This document shows, piece after piece, positions 11,374-22,694 of a stretch of DNA of 64,000 nt. The notes under the pieces are model-generated. The model was not told where the DNA came from. It saw only the letters and a list, made by a program, of their open reading frames with translations, and ran no database searches. Position 1 is the stretch's first letter; the number at the start of each line of letters is the position of its first letter. Source of the DNA: an uncultured delta proteobacterium (lineage in GTDB: Bacteria; Desulfobacterota; WTBG01; CAIYCZ01; CAIRTM01); contig CAWDSQ010000026.1 in assembly GCA_963804955.1 (NCBI GenBank), positions 1-64,000 of the forward strand, in the 5' to 3' direction. Position numbers and translations under genes: made by a program.

Positions 11374-13378
11374 CTAGGCATCTTCAAACACTGTGCCCAT
11401 GGACTCATACAGGCTGCGGGCTGCATCGCGGGCTGATGCCTTCATGTTCGCCGGCAGGCGCAGCAGCAGAGCGGGCATGGATGTGTGCATGAGGACATAC
11501 TCGGTGCCGGGCTTTGCCTCGCAGGTTTTCTTGCCGAAGGCTTTGCGCTCATTGAGGCTGCGGCAGACGGAATCTGCAAGCCCTGCCCCCTGCACGCTTT
11601 TATAATAATACTCGGCAGCAGGAACTTTGCTGCCGGTAAAGACTGAAATAAACAGGTCGGCCTTTGCCTCTGCTGCCTTCATGACGCGCCCCTGTGCTGA
11701 CGGCGCGGGCAGGGTTTCCCAGGTGATCATGGCCGTGCCCCCGGCATGCTCGATCATGGTTTTCAGCTCGCGCAGCACCGGCAGCGACGCCTGAGACTGG
11801 CCCGCTGCATCAAGCATGACGGTGCGGTTAAAAAACACGCCCCTGTCGACGGGCTGCAGCCCGTAGCCTGTTGAGATCAGTTTTCCCGCAGCAAGCGCCA
11901 CCGAAACCCGCACAGGCTCATAGCCATTCCGCCTGATGGTATACCCGATGGCGCCAGGTGCAGCCACGCTGTCATACACCCAGCCGTCAGCCCCGGAAAT
12001 GGCAACCTCCCGGTCTGCCCGCACAAGGGCTGCGCCATCGACCGGCCTGCCGCCGGAATCTTTAATTTCAGCGGCAAAGAGCGCTTCCTTCGGAGTACCG
12101 AAGGACAGCGTGCAGTGCTCCTTGATATCTCCGGCCCTGGCAGTTATGGCTGCCTCCTGCGGGTGTTTCTCCGATAGTAAAAAAACCCGCGCCCTGCCTT
12201 TTTTTGTCGCCACCACTGCCGAGGCAAGCCTGCCGGCAGAGGCTTCCAGCTCCACCTGCGTACCGTCAGCTACCGGTCGGCCAAGACGGTCGAACACTGC
12301 TATGTCAATGGGTGCTGAAGCCCGCCCGTCGGCAGGCAGCACCGGAAAAACAGGTTTCACGCTCATGCGCGCAGGCGGCACAGCAACCGTAAAGGATATG
12401 CATGCTTTCTGCGCGGCATTGCCTGCTGTATTGCGGATATCCAGGCAGAACTCATGAGCGCCGTTGGGCAAAGGCTCCTGCGGTGTATAGGAAACAGTGC
12501 TTGCAGTATCAAAAACAAGCCCGTCGGCAGGCCTGCCGTCGAGGCGGGCCTTAAGGCTTGCACGGTCAAGGGCTGCGCCGGGTATGCCTGCCGATAGACT
12601 GGCTGCAATGCGCGGCCGGGCTTCGATAAAAACAGGCTGGTTTGGAGCAGAGAAGCTGACCGTGGGCACACCCTTTTTATAATAGCTGAGGATACCCAGA
12701 AAATAGCCCATCGCCTCGGTATTGAGGGTGCGGTGATAGGACAGCTTTTCGCTGTTGCTTTTATAGTTCATGTATGAGGCTTCGCCGAGTATGGCAGGCG
12801 CCTGCGTGCTGCGCAGCACCAGGTAATTCCCCGGCCGTACCGAGGCGGGCTCGGCATGCATGCGCTCCTGCAGGGCGTCGCAGACCTCAAGCGCCACATC
12901 GCGCGAGGAGCCGGGATCAGACATTTTGTAAAACACCATGAGGTCGTTGCGCTCGCCCCGCTCTTTTCCGTCGGAGTTATGGTGAATGCTGACGAACAGA
13001 TCGGCTTTGGCCGCATTGCTCACAGCCGCGCGTGCCTCAAGCTCGCTGCGAAGAACAAAGGGCTCGCCCTTGAACAGGCAGGTGTCCGAGCTGCGGGTGA
13101 GCACCGGCTGCGCTCCCGCATCTTTCAAAAAGCCCCACAGATACAGCGCGACTCCCAGATTCACCTCTGCCTCGCACAGGCCGTTCTCTGCTATGGCGCC
13201 GCGCTCGGGGCCGCCGTGGCCGGGGTCGATGATAATGGTTTTGCCCCTGAGGGCTGCGGCATCAGGCCCTGAAAGCCTGAACTCGACGGCAGGGGGGAGC
13301 GCCTGTTTGATGCAGCCGCTGCACAGGCAGGCCGCCGCAAGCAGTGACGAAAAACAGGCTGTGCAGGCGGACTTTCAT
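11374..13378 (-). CDS. N-acetylmuramoyl-L-alanine amidase (Amidase_3 + Ig-like domains + degenerate second amidase), lipoprotein
   Basis: IIIDPGHGG, E..VNL, DLFVSIHHN and PAILGE motifs. The signal peptide from ATG 13378 needs one frameshift. Confidence 0.85.
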
Positions 13379-13596
13379 TCGAGATACCCCAGGTTGCGCA
13401 GGCGCTTTTTGATTTCGTCAAAATCGACTTCGCTGATTTTATCCTCGGCTTTGCGCGTTGTGGCCACAAGGTCACGCAGCACATACACGATAAAATCCGT
13501 AACGGAGTTATAGCCTGAGCCCTCAAGGATATGCTTGAGCTTGCCGTAGAGCTGTCGGGGTATCTTGATGGTTACCTTGTCCTGTTCGCTGAGCAT
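13375..13596 (-). CDS. CopG/ribbon-helix-helix family protein
   Basis: KVTIKIPRQLY...GYNSVTDFIVYVLR...IKKRLRNLGY. Confidence 0.8.
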   Translation of the reverse strand: MLSEQDKVTIKIPRQLYGKLKHILEGSGYNSVTDFIVYVLRDLVATTRKAEDKISEVDFDEIKKRLRNLGYLE

Positions 13597-13868
13597 GACG
13601 TCTCCTTTTTGTGTAAACTCCTAGAGCAGTGAGCATTGATGCTTTCATAAAAAATCAAACACCCTGTCATTGCAATGACAGATAAAACGGCGTTTGGGAC
13701 CTCAAGTGCTTTACCTGACCAAACCCGGAGTCCCGCGCCGAGGTCACTGCCCGCAATGAAACACGCCGGAACTGTTTACGACAGACTAAACTTTAACATG
13801 TTTTGAAAAAAAAATTAAGGTATAATGACTTTATTTTTGAGATGCACTGAAAAATCCGGGAGCAGAGG

Positions 13869-15457
13869 ATGTTTGACATACTCATACAGGGCGGCACGGT
13901 CATTGACGGCACAGGCTCAGCCTGCGCTGCGCTGCGATGTGGGGATTGCCGGCGACACGATAGCTGCCGTTGGCATGCTGCAGGCCGCGCAGGCCCGTGA
14001 GGTAATCGATGCCCGTGGCCTGCACATCTGCCCGGGCTTTATCGACATGCACGGCCACTCGGACTTCAACCTGCTGGTGCAGCCGCCGGGCCGCGGCAAA
14101 GTCATGCAGGGAATCACCACCGAAGTGATGGGCAACTGCGGCCTGTCGGCAGCACCGCTTCTGGGTGCGGCACGGGCGCAGCGGGAAAAAAGCATAAAAA
14201 ACCTAGGCCTGGACCTCGGCTGGACGCATCTTGACGAATTTGCAGAAGCCATAAAAGATAGAAAGCTTCCCTGCCATATGGTGCCACTTATCGGCCATGG
14301 CAATATCCGCGGCTCCATTATGGGCTATGGCAGCCGGACAGCCCACGCCGGGTGACATGCAGGCAATGGAGCGACTTCTTGCCCGGCAGATGGAGGCAGG
14401 CGCCTGGGGTCTTTCAACCGGCCTTGTCTATCCGCCCGGCATGTACGCAGGCCCCGATGAAATCGCCGGCCTGGCAAAAACCGCTGCCCGCTTCGGCGGC
14501 ATCTACACAAGCCACATGCGCAGCGAAGGCGACTATCTGCTTGAGGCTATCGAAGAAACGCTGGCGGTAGGGCGCAACGCAGGGCTTCCGGTTCAGATTT
14601 CGCATCTCAAGACGCAGGGCAAGCAGAACTGGCACAAGCTGCCCGCGGCTTTCGACCTTATCGAAAAAGCCCGCGACGAAGGCATGGCGGTTTTTGCCGA
14701 CCGCTATCCCTACACAGCCTCCAGCACGGGGCTCGACGTGGTGTTTCCGGCATGGGCCTGCGAGGGCGGCAATGCGGCCGAGCTGGAGCGGCTGCAATCA
14801 CCGGATCTGCGCAACAGAATCTATGCCGATATTCTTAAGCGCATGACAGAGGACGAGCTTGCCCGGGATATACTCATTGCGAAAGTCATTACACAAAAAA
14901 ACAAATCCCTTGAAGGCCTGCGCCTCGGGCAGGCCGCTGCCCTGCGCAGCCAGTCCGTGCGCGATGCCCTCTTCTCGATTCTTACGGAGGAGGAGCTGGA
15001 TGTTGATGCGGTTTTTTTCTCCATGTGCGAGGACAACCTCAGGGAAATTTTGTGCAAAGACTATGTCATGATCGGCTCCGACGCCTCGGTCTGGGACACC
15101 GAAGGCGTGCTCGGCGCAGGCAAGCCGCACCCGCGTGCTTTCGGCAGCTTTCCCCGCGTGCTGCGCAAATATGTGCTTGAGCAGAAGCTGCTCAGCCTTG
15201 AAGAGGCTGTCTATAAAATGACCGGCCTGCCTGCGCGCGCCATCGGCCTTGTTGATCGCGGAATCATCAGGCAGGCTATGAAGGCAGACCTGGTGCTTCT
15301 TCGCTTGCCTGATGTGCAGGACCGGGCTGACTACGCAGATCCGCACCGTTTCCCGGCGGGCATCAGCCGCGTCATGGTCGAGGGCATATGGGAGGTCATT
15401 GAAGGACAGCTTACCGGTGATTATGCGGGCAGGCTTCTTTTAAAAAAACCATCATAA
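13869..15457 (+). CDS. N-acyl-D-amino-acid deacylase (frameshifted)
   Basis: PGFIDMHGHSD, GNCG, GLSTGLVYPPG, SHMRSEG, MIGSD and HPRAFGSFPR motifs. Confidence 0.9.
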
Positions 15458-15527
15458 GTTCGATTAATAGTGCCCCCTTGTAGAGGGAGCTGGACCAAGC
15501 AGTCAGGGGCAGCGCAGGAGGACAGCT

Positions 15528-15794
15528 CTACGAATCTCTGCCTTGCGAAGTTTTCCCGAGCAGCATCGAATCAACGGCAATGTTTAGAATATCCAAAAAA
15601 GACTCGGGCTTTGTATAGTCCTGCACATCTATGAAAAAATTCATCACCGGCTTGTTATTATAGGGAGAGGTGAGAAAAAAGCTCACGGCGTTTGTCTTAT
15701 TCTGAATAAACGGCACAAGCCTGAATCCGCAATCGTCGTCTTTGCAACTGGCCATGGTTCCTATTCCTGTATGAAAATACTCGTTAGCATTCAA
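15528..15794 (-). other. AT-richer short ORF or gene fragment of unknown function
   Basis: 88-aa ORF with no recognisable motif. Confidence 0.25.
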
Positions 15795-15839
15795 GAGCCC
15801 TTATATGTAGTATCGAGTTCCCCCTAAATTTCTTTAAAA

Positions 15840-16006
15840 AGAATTCAGTAGTCAGCATCCAGAATTATATAATCAGGAATGTGAATTCGGCATGGAAAAA
15901 AAACAAAAATATTTCATGCTCTGCTTCTCTAGAAGCTACAAGTGCATGTGTATCTTCTATTCTGAATTATGGCTCCTGGTTCCTGGTTCCTGGCTTCTGA
16001 CTCCTG
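15840..16006. repeat. Heptamer-repeat-flanked intergenic element
   Basis: AGAATTCAGTAGTCAG on the left and (TCCTGGT)n CTTCTGACTCCTG on the right, in inverted orientation. Confidence 0.6.
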
Positions 16007-16022
16007 CCCGCTGCGGACATTT

Positions 16023-16695
16023 TTATTTTTTCTCAAAAAAACTTTTTATGTTCCTGAAAACAGACTTCTCAGGATCAGGGTCGGGCAGCAGCCTAACCCC
16101 TTCCCGCAGCATGATCTCCACCTGGCGGGCAATCTTCTGCGGCTTGTGGTTCTGTTGGCCAAAGTACCTGAAAAAAACTTTGAGCGCTTCGCGCGTTGCC
16201 GCTGGTACACAATCACCGCTCTTTATATGGCCGCATTCCGCAAGATATGCAAGCAGTTTCTCAGCTCTTCGGCCTGCATCATCAGCCGGCTGTGCAGTCT
16301 GCCTGCCGGCATGCCTGAGCAGATAGTCATAAAAGCCGCTGCTGTCCTGAAACGCGCAGCCCTCAATCCGAACATCATTGTCCGAGGATACGATAAGGCA
16401 ACTCGCGCCCAGCGCTGCCGCGTGAAAGCCCAGGTCCCGTATCATCTCATCAGCCGTTTGCGGAGCTGCAAAGCGCACGGTAAGCTCTGCGCCACCAGCG
16501 TCGCGGCTTGACCCGATGCCGTCTCCGTCGAAAACCACTGTCCACTGCTCTCCGGGCGGCAGTGCGCGGAAGCAGTGGTCGATGAGCCACTGCCTGGCTG
16601 CCTCGCCCCCCTGCGACTGCTCCAGTGCGCGAGCCGCTCGGATTGGTCCGGATGACATTGTATCCGTCGATTATAATGCGCCTGGAAGGGGGCAT
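16023..16695 (-). CDS. NYN/YacP-like nuclease domain protein (frameshifted)
   Basis: IIIDGYNVI, VVFDG, TADEMI and IVSSD motifs. Confidence 0.8.
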
Positions 16696-16848
16696 GACAG
16701 CAATCCACTCACTTAAACACTCGCTGTGAGCACAAGTAGTATACAAATATCAGGCTGCTGTCAAGGTGCCGCAAGGGTCGATCATAACAGTTTGATTTGC
16801 AGTTGCTTTTTCAGCCCCGCTGTGATATTCACGTAGAACTTTTTACAT

Positions 16849-16922
<74 letters not shown>

Positions 16923-16943
16923 TAAAAATTATACGCCGCAAAC

Positions 16944-16982
16944 AAAAAGAGACCGGCAGCAGTTGCTGGTCTCTTTTTTTTG
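16944..16982. terminator. Bidirectional intrinsic terminator
   Basis: AAAAAGAGACCGGCA...TGCTGGTCTCTTTTTTTT between the convergent tRNA and BspA gene. Confidence 0.85.
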
Positions 16983-17020
16983 TCTGAAAAACGGAAGGAA
17001 CCCGCTATTTTAACACGTGC

Positions 17021-18982
17021 CTACAGCGCGCACACCTCCTCGCACGCGGGCTGACCGTCGCCCCCGCAGCCCGGCTCAGAGTCGCACACATCCCCTATCC
17101 CGTCATTATCGGCATCCATTTGCCAGGCATTGCACAGGGCAGGGCAGTTGTCTATGGCATCGCGAACATAGTCGCCGTCGGTATCTGCCAGCCCCTCGCA
17201 AACCGGCTGGCCGCAGCCGCTGCCGCAGCCCGGTGTTGCGTCGCACACATCGCCGATACCGTCGCTATCTGCATCAAGCTGCTGCGGATTGGCAACCTCA
17301 GGGCAGTTGTCTACAATATCATAGACACCGTCAGCATCCCCATCGCAGGATACTTCACATGCCGGCTCACCATCACCCCCGCAGCCGGGCTCTGTGTCGC
17401 ACACATCGCCGATACCGTCACCATCGGCATCGAGCTGATCAACATTACAAACGGTGGGGCAGTTGTCTACGGCATCACGCACATAGTCGCCGTCGGCATC
17501 AACCTCCTGCTCGCATACCGGCTGGCCGCAGCCCGTGCCGCAACCGGGGGTTTCATCGCACACATCGCCGATGCCGTCGCTATCTGCGTCAAGCTGCAAG
17601 GGGTTGGCAATGGCAGGACAGTTGTCAATGGCATCATCAATGCCGTCACCGTCAACATCGCTGGGCGGGGTGTACACCGCGGTAGGAACACCATACCACG
17701 GGTTGGTAAAACCTGTTGCACCGGCAAGATGGTAAACTTTGAAGCCGGAGGAGGAGCCGTAAAAAGCTTTATAAGAATGCGCAATTTGTAAAAAAGGATT
17801 TAAAACATATGGCGCATTTCCTTCAAAATATGCGGCCACTAAATTGTTACAATTATAAAACGAACCGTAGGCATATGGAAATTCCAGACTTAAAGCCTGA
17901 ATGTAGATACCGTTAACGCTGCTCGGTATGGTCACGCTGGTTAATTCGGTGCAGTTCACAAATGCCCTATCCTCGATAGTTTTGACCAGCAGACCGTCTA
18001 TGGTATCTGGGATAACAACATCAGCGCCAGAGCCGGTATAGCCGGTGATGGAGACAGTATTATTTCTTACAGTATATGTAAAATCGGAGGGCGGCGGGGC
18101 GGTTGTTGTCGTTGTCGAAGATGGTGTGAAAACCGCAGTGGGGTAGCCATACCATGGATTTGTAAACCCTGTTGCTTCCGGAGTATAGTATACGGTAAAG
18201 CCACTGGCACAAGCTCCAAAAGCAGAATCGCTTATTGGGGCATTGCCGTAAAAATAAGCGGCAGCCAAACCAGTGCAATTATAAAACGCACGGTACCCAA
18301 TGCTCGTAACGCTGCCCGGTATGGTCACGCTGGTCAAACCGGTGCAGCCCTGAAACGCATACCACCCTATATCCTGAACACTGCCCGGTATGGTCACGCT
18401 GGTCAATCCGGTGCAGCCAAGAAACGCATACCACCCTATATTCTGAACACTGCCCGGTATGGTCACGCTGGTCAATCCGGTGCAATAGTTAAACGAATAA
18501 TCTCCTATAGACATAACACTGCTCGGTATGCTAACGCTGCTTAAACCAGCGCAACCACTAAACACACCCTGACCCATGTATGTAACACTGCTCGGAATGG
18601 TAACACTGGTTAAGCCAGTGCAACCCGAAAACACATACCCCCCCATGTATGTAACACTGCTCGGAATGGTAACGCTGGTTAAACCAGCGCAATCCGCAAA
18701 CGCTCTCTCCCCCAAATCAGTAACACTGCTTGGAATGGTAACGCTGGTTAAACCGGTGCACTGGTAAAACGCATAATTCCCAATGCTTACAACCGTCATT
18801 CCCTCTATGGTATCGGGAATTACCAGATCTCCGCCAGGGCCGGTATAGCCGGTAATGGTGACCTCGTTGTTTGCGACCGTGTAGGTAAAATCGCCAAACT
18901 GGTCGGCAAAGGCAGATGAACACAGAAAAAGACAAATAAGAACGGACAGGATAGACAAAGATTTTCTGATCAGCATATACAA
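17021..18982 (-). CDS. BspA-type leucine-rich-repeat surface protein with C-terminal thrombospondin type 3 / Cys-rich repeats
   Basis: Signal peptide, 23-aa [16 protein letters not shown] repeats, Thr/Pro linker, and repeated DNCP...[13 protein letters not shown]. Confidence 0.92.
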   Translation of the reverse strand: MYMLIRKSLSILSVLICLFLCSSAFADQFGDFTYTVANNEVTITGYTGPGGDLVIPDTIEGMTVVSIGNYAFYQCTGLTSVTIPSSVTDLGERAFADCAGLTSVTIPSSVTYMGGYVFSGCTGLTSVTIPSSVTYMGQGVFSGCAGLSSVSIPSSVMSIGDYSFNYCTGLTSVTIPGSVQNIGWYAFLGCTGLTSVTIPGSVQDIGWYAFQGCTGLTSVTIPGSVTSIGYRAFYNCTGLAAAYFYGNAPISDSAFGACASGFTVYYTPEATGFTNPWYGYPTAVFTPSSTTTTTAPPPSDFTYTVRNNTVSITGYTGSGADVVIPDTIDGLLVKTIEDRAFVNCTELTSVTIPSSVNGIYIQALSLEFPYAYGSFYNCNNLVAAYFEGNAPYVLNPFLQIAHSYKAFYGSSSGFKVYHLAGATGFTNPWYGVPTAVYTPPSDVDGDGIDDAIDNCPAIANPLQLDADSDGIGDVCDETPGCGTGCGQPVCEQEVDADGDYVRDAVDNCPTVCNVDQLDADGDGIGDVCDTEPGCGGDGEPACEVSCDGDADGVYDIVDNCPEVANPQQLDADSDGIGDVCDATPGCGSGCGQPVCEGLADTDGDYVRDAIDNCPALCNAWQMDADNDGIGDVCDSEPGCGGDGQPACEEVCAL

Positions 18983-19030
18983 CCCCTCCCCTTAAATTGT
19001 TTGTATGTTCGACATTTACATTCCCCTGCT

Positions 19031-19063
19031 ATAAAAAGCCCCTTCTGGCTGACAGAAAGGGCT
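19031..19063 (-). terminator. Intrinsic terminator (riboswitch expression platform)
   Basis: Minus strand AAGCCCTTTCTG-tcagc-CAGAAGGGGCTT-TTTAT, about 50 nt upstream of the BspA start. Confidence 0.85.
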
Positions 19064-19083
19064 TGCCGAATACAAACATTGCT

Positions 19084-19164
19084 ACCGGCAACCCCGCTGT
19101 CCGAGCCATGCCGGACCGGAGACTTTGCGCTCTACCCTTAAGGCATAGATTGCTTTTTTCGGTT
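19084..19164 (-). ncRNA. Cyclic dinucleotide riboswitch, GEMM-I class (c-di-GMP-I / c-AMP-GMP)
   Basis: Minus strand AACCGAAAAAAGCAATCTATGCCTTAAGGGTAGAGCGCAAAGTCTCCGGTCC...GGACAGCGGGGTTGCCGGT matches the GEMM-I core (GCAA-P2-GCAAAG.CTCCGG...AGCGGGGTT.CCG). Confidence 0.82.
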
Positions 19165-19200
19165 CACTGCTTTCAACGTATGTAATACTGTTCCGGATAT

Positions 19201-19233
19201 AAAAAAGCGCATACTGCTCAAGCAGCATGCGCT
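19201..19233 (-). terminator. Second intrinsic terminator, 5' of the riboswitch
   Basis: Minus strand AGCGCATGCTGC-ttga-GCAGTATGCGCT-TTTTT. Confidence 0.75.
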
Positions 19234-19376
19234 CCTCATGTATCAACTGAAAAACTACGGTACTGTCTCTGCCTGCCGGGTAGCATTATGTATCCCCCCA
19301 CCCTGTGATTGTGATAGTTGATTGATAGTGTAAATAAATAATTGAGTCAATGATTTTTTATTATTATAAAAAAAAA

Positions 19377-20113
19377 GGGTCATGACTAGTTTAGAGGCAG
19401 ATCTCGGAGAATTTTGAGGATCAAATGACCGAGATCCTGGCCTCTGTGATTAAACCTAAACGCGCATTTTTTCAAGTGCAAGTTGAAGGTGCTGGGCGCC
19501 ATTCCGCGGAAACGATACAATCGCGTTTTTGAATATCCCCAGAAACCTTCAATTCCGTTAATGTTATTACGGCCCTTGGCAAATTCATCCTTGCTATGAT
19601 CAACCCGAAGATGCTTGCCATAGCCAACGTCAACCAAACCATTATAGCCACGCCAGCTGTCAGAGTAGATGACGCTTTTAAGTTCTACTTTGCCGCGAAT
19701 AACCCCTTGTAGCGTGGCTTTTGAGCAGTTTGGAACGATTTCCGTATAGACATAACCATTGCGTTGAAAAATGCCAAAGACAATCGTTTTACCAAAAGCG
19801 CCTCGGCCTCTTTTGCCTTTGATGCGACGGGCACCAAAGAACGATTCGTCCACTTCAACCTCCCCGGTAAAAGGAGATTGAGATGCGCAATATTCAACCA
19901 AGCGCTGCCTGATTTTTTTCAAATAACGATTTACCGTATTGCGATTTAAACCGGTCAATTCAGCGATATGGGAAGCGTCCAAATCTGCTGAAAATAGGCG
20001 GACAAGTTGCTGAAATTTGCGCTCAGAAATGTGCGCCCTGTTTGCATACTTGTTTTTCATAGGCATAACAATAGTTTAGCATGTCTTGAAGACCTCTAAA
20101 CTAGTCATGACCC
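19377..20113 (-). mobile_element. IS1595-family insertion sequence (737 bp, IS1016-like)
   Basis: Perfect 21-bp TIR GGGTCATGACTAGTTTAGAGG at both ends. A-runs on both flanks fit an 8-bp TSD. Confidence 0.95.
19386..20066 (-). CDS. IS1595-family transposase
   Basis: N-terminal HTH, VEVDESFFG, KRGRG, YSDSWRGY, INGIEGFW and FRFN motifs. Confidence 0.93.
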   Translation of the reverse strand: MPMKNKYANRAHISERKFQQLVRLFSADLDASHIAELTGLNRNTVNRYLKKIRQRLVEYCASQSPFTGEVEVDESFFGARRIKGKRGRGAFGKTIVFGIFQRNGYVYTEIVPNCSKATLQGVIRGKVELKSVIYSDSWRGYNGLVDVGYGKHLRVDHSKDEFAKGRNNINGIEGFWGYSKTRLYRFRGMAPSTFNLHLKKCAFRFNHRGQDLGHLILKILRDLPLN

Positions 20114-20831
20114 AAAAAAAATAAACAATTGTATTACAAAAATACAGGTATTAAGACCTTTTGTGCCTTTGGTATAATTTCTAAAAACACGTCAGGGATG
20201 ATGGCTGGAACAAAATATAATTGCTCTGCCCTGTGTCAGGCAAGGCCTCACAACCCGCGGTCGGCAGGCACAGGCCGGTGCAGTTTCCACATGCAATGGG
20301 GAAACTCTGTGGAAAAGCCGTTCATAAACCCCTGCGCACTGTTACAGGAGGCCGCTTTCCCCGCATTGCTCAAAAACTGCGCACGGATTCTGGAAACAGC
20401 CAATTTTGCCCAGAAAGGGCGAAATCAAAAACACACAGTGTTCAAGTTGTCTTTTAAAGATAATAGATCAGAATCTATGGCTGTCCAAACAGCGCCCAAA
20501 AAGGGGTTAAATATGATACATCTTATTTTTATACAAAGCACGTAAACTGCATGCCGCAGCGGCGCTACCAAAGTACCGCAGGATGCATGAAGTTGCCTGC
20601 TTTTATTTTCTGTCATTTCAGCGCGACGGGTCTCCGCTTTTATTGCCGTAATAAATTAATGGTGGCGGCTATGCCGTAGACAAAATAAACTTATTCCTTG
20701 ATAATGCAGTAATGCCTATAGTATTTTGAAAAACAATCGATAAAAAAGATTGCCGCGTTTGGCCGGGCGCAGCAGCACAAACACCCTTTTTCTCTGTCAT
20801 CACCGTTTCTCATACTTATAAAGGTCGTAAA

Positions 20832-21959
20832 ATGAAAAAACTTGCATACGGCATTACACTGGCAGTCATCGTGACGGCTGCGCTGCTTTTTTTCGCACTG
20901 CGGGGAAAAAATTCATCAGCATACAAGACAGACAAGGCTGCCAAAGGAGATATCCGCTCGGCCTGCATAGCCACCGGCACGGTCAACCCCACGACCACCG
21001 TGCTTGTGGGCACGCAGGTGTCCGGCCGCATAAAAGAGCTGTATGCCGATTTCAACTCGCCGGTCACGAAGGGGCAGCTCATCGCGCTCATCGACCCGGC
21101 GCCGTTCGAGTCGCAGCTTGAGCAGGCCCGGGCAAATCTGCTGTCGGCGCAGGCCGGCCTTGCAAAGGCGCAGGCCACGCTCAAAGATTCGGAGCGGAAT
21201 TTTGAGCGCAAGCGGCAGCTCTTCGCAAGCAAGGTCATCGGCAAAAGCGAAATTGACGCCGAAGAGACCAGCAACGCTGTGGCAAAAGCCCAGGTGGGCC
21301 TGGCCGAAGCGCAAGTGGTGCAGGCCGTGGCCTCATACAAGCTTGCTGAAACGAACCTGCAGTATACAAAAATTGTTTCCCCCGTTGACGGCATCGTCAT
21401 ATCCCGCAATGTCGATATCGGCCAGACCATGGCCGCCATGTTCCAGAGCCCGACGCTTTTCTCCATTGCCCAGGACCTGAGCAAAATGCAGATCAACACC
21501 AATGTTGATGAATCCGATATAGGACGCATCCAGTCGGGTCAGGATGCGGAATTTGTGGTCGATGCCTACACTGAAACGGTTTTTACCGGCAAAGTTACGC
21601 AGGTGCGCAATGCTCCCGTGGTGGTGCAGAATGTGGTCACCTATGATGTGGTCATCACGGTTGCAAACCCCGATCTCAAGCTCAAGCCCGGCATGACAGC
21701 CAATGTGTCGATTATAACCGGCGTGAAAAACGGCGTGCTGCGCGTGCCCAATGCGGCGCTGCGCTTCAAGCCGAAAAAAATGCCTGCAGGCGCCCCGGGC
21801 GAGCATGGCCAAAAGGTATGGCTCCCTGATGGCGATGAGGCAAAGCCCGTTAAGGTCACCACAGGCATCACCGACGGCAGCTGGTCGGAGCTGCTGGAAG
21901 GAGATATTGCCGAAGGCCAGGAGTTAATCGTCGGGCTGACTGAAAAAGAAAAGAAGTAG
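20832..21959 (+). CDS. Efflux periplasmic adaptor subunit (MacA-like)
   Basis: VGTQVSGRI, IVSPVDGIV, VDESDIG and LKPGMTA motifs. Confidence 0.92.
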   Translation: MKKLAYGITLAVIVTAALLFFALRGKNSSAYKTDKAAKGDIRSACIATGTVNPTTTVLVGTQVSGRIKELYADFNSPVTKGQLIALIDPAPFESQLEQARANLLSAQAGLAKAQATLKDSERNFERKRQLFASKVIGKSEIDAEETSNAVAKAQVGLAEAQVVQAVASYKLAETNLQYTKIVSPVDGIVISRNVDIGQTMAAMFQSPTLFSIAQDLSKMQINTNVDESDIGRIQSGQDAEFVVDAYTETVFTGKVTQVRNAPVVVQNVVTYDVVITVANPDLKLKPGMTANVSIITGVKNGVLRVPNAALRFKPKKMPAGAPGEHGQKVWLPDGDEAKPVKVTTGITDGSWSELLEGDIAEGQELIVGLTEKEKK

Positions 21960-22001
21960 GATGAAGACGCTACGCGGAACACTATTTTTTAAAAGCTCCT
22001 T

Positions 22002-22694
22002 ATGAATGAAACCCTTATAGAAGTCAGCAGCCTCTCCCGCCTCTATCACGTGGGCGACAGCGACATTGCCGCGCTCAACAATGTGAGCCTGAGCATCGCC
22101 AAGGGCGAGTTCGTGTCCATCATGGGCCCTTCGGGCTCGGGCAAATCAACCTTCATGAATCTCATCGGCTGCCTCGACACGCCCAGCAGCGGAACGTACA
22201 GGCTCGATGGCTCCGATGTCAGCAGCCTTGTGCGCGACGAGCTGGCGGAAATCCGCAATAATAAAATAGGGTTTGTGTTCCAGGGCTTCAATCTGCTGTC
22301 GCGCACCACCGCCCTTGAAAACGTGGAGCTGCCCCTGCTGTACAGCGGCATGCCTGCACGGCAGCGGCGCGAGCGGGCTCTTGATGCCCTCCGAACCGTG
22401 GGCCTTGAAGACCGCGTCGACCACCAGCCCAACCAGCTCTCCGGCGGACAGCAGCAGCGCGTGACCATCGCCCGGGCAATTGTCAATAAGGCGCCCATTA
22501 TTCTTGCCGACGAGCCCACGGGAAATCTCGACACCAAAACAAGCGCCGAAATAATGGACCTGTTCGTGCGCCTTAACCGCGACTCGGGCATTACCGTTAT
22601 TCTGGTAACCCATGAGCACGATATCGCGGCCTATGGCCGGCGCCTGGTACGGTTTCGCGACGGCAGCATTATCAGCGATGAGGAAACAGGGTAG
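22002..22694 (+). CDS. ABC transporter ATP-binding protein (MacB/LolD-like)
   Basis: [18 protein letters not shown] and [11 protein letters not shown] motifs. Confidence 0.95.
   Translation: MNETLIEVSSLSRLYHVGDSDIAALNNVSLSIAKGEFVSIMGPSGSGKSTFMNLIGCLDTPSSGTYRLDGSDVSSLVRDELAEIRNNKIGFVFQGFNLLSRTTALENVELPLLYSGMPARQRRERALDALRTVGLEDRVDHQPNQLSGGQQQRVTIARAIVNKAPIILADEPTGNLDTKTSAEIMDLFVRLNRDSGITVILVTHEHDIAAYGRRLVRFRDGSIISDEETG

Noticed and set aside
20280..20530. oriC suggested by TTTCCACA/TGTGGAAAA motifs
   Set aside because: Only two or three imperfect DnaA-box-like matches, and no dnaA/gidA context.
20129..20545. 138-aa ORF right of the IS
   Set aside because: TTG start, no RBS or motif, so probably non-coding.
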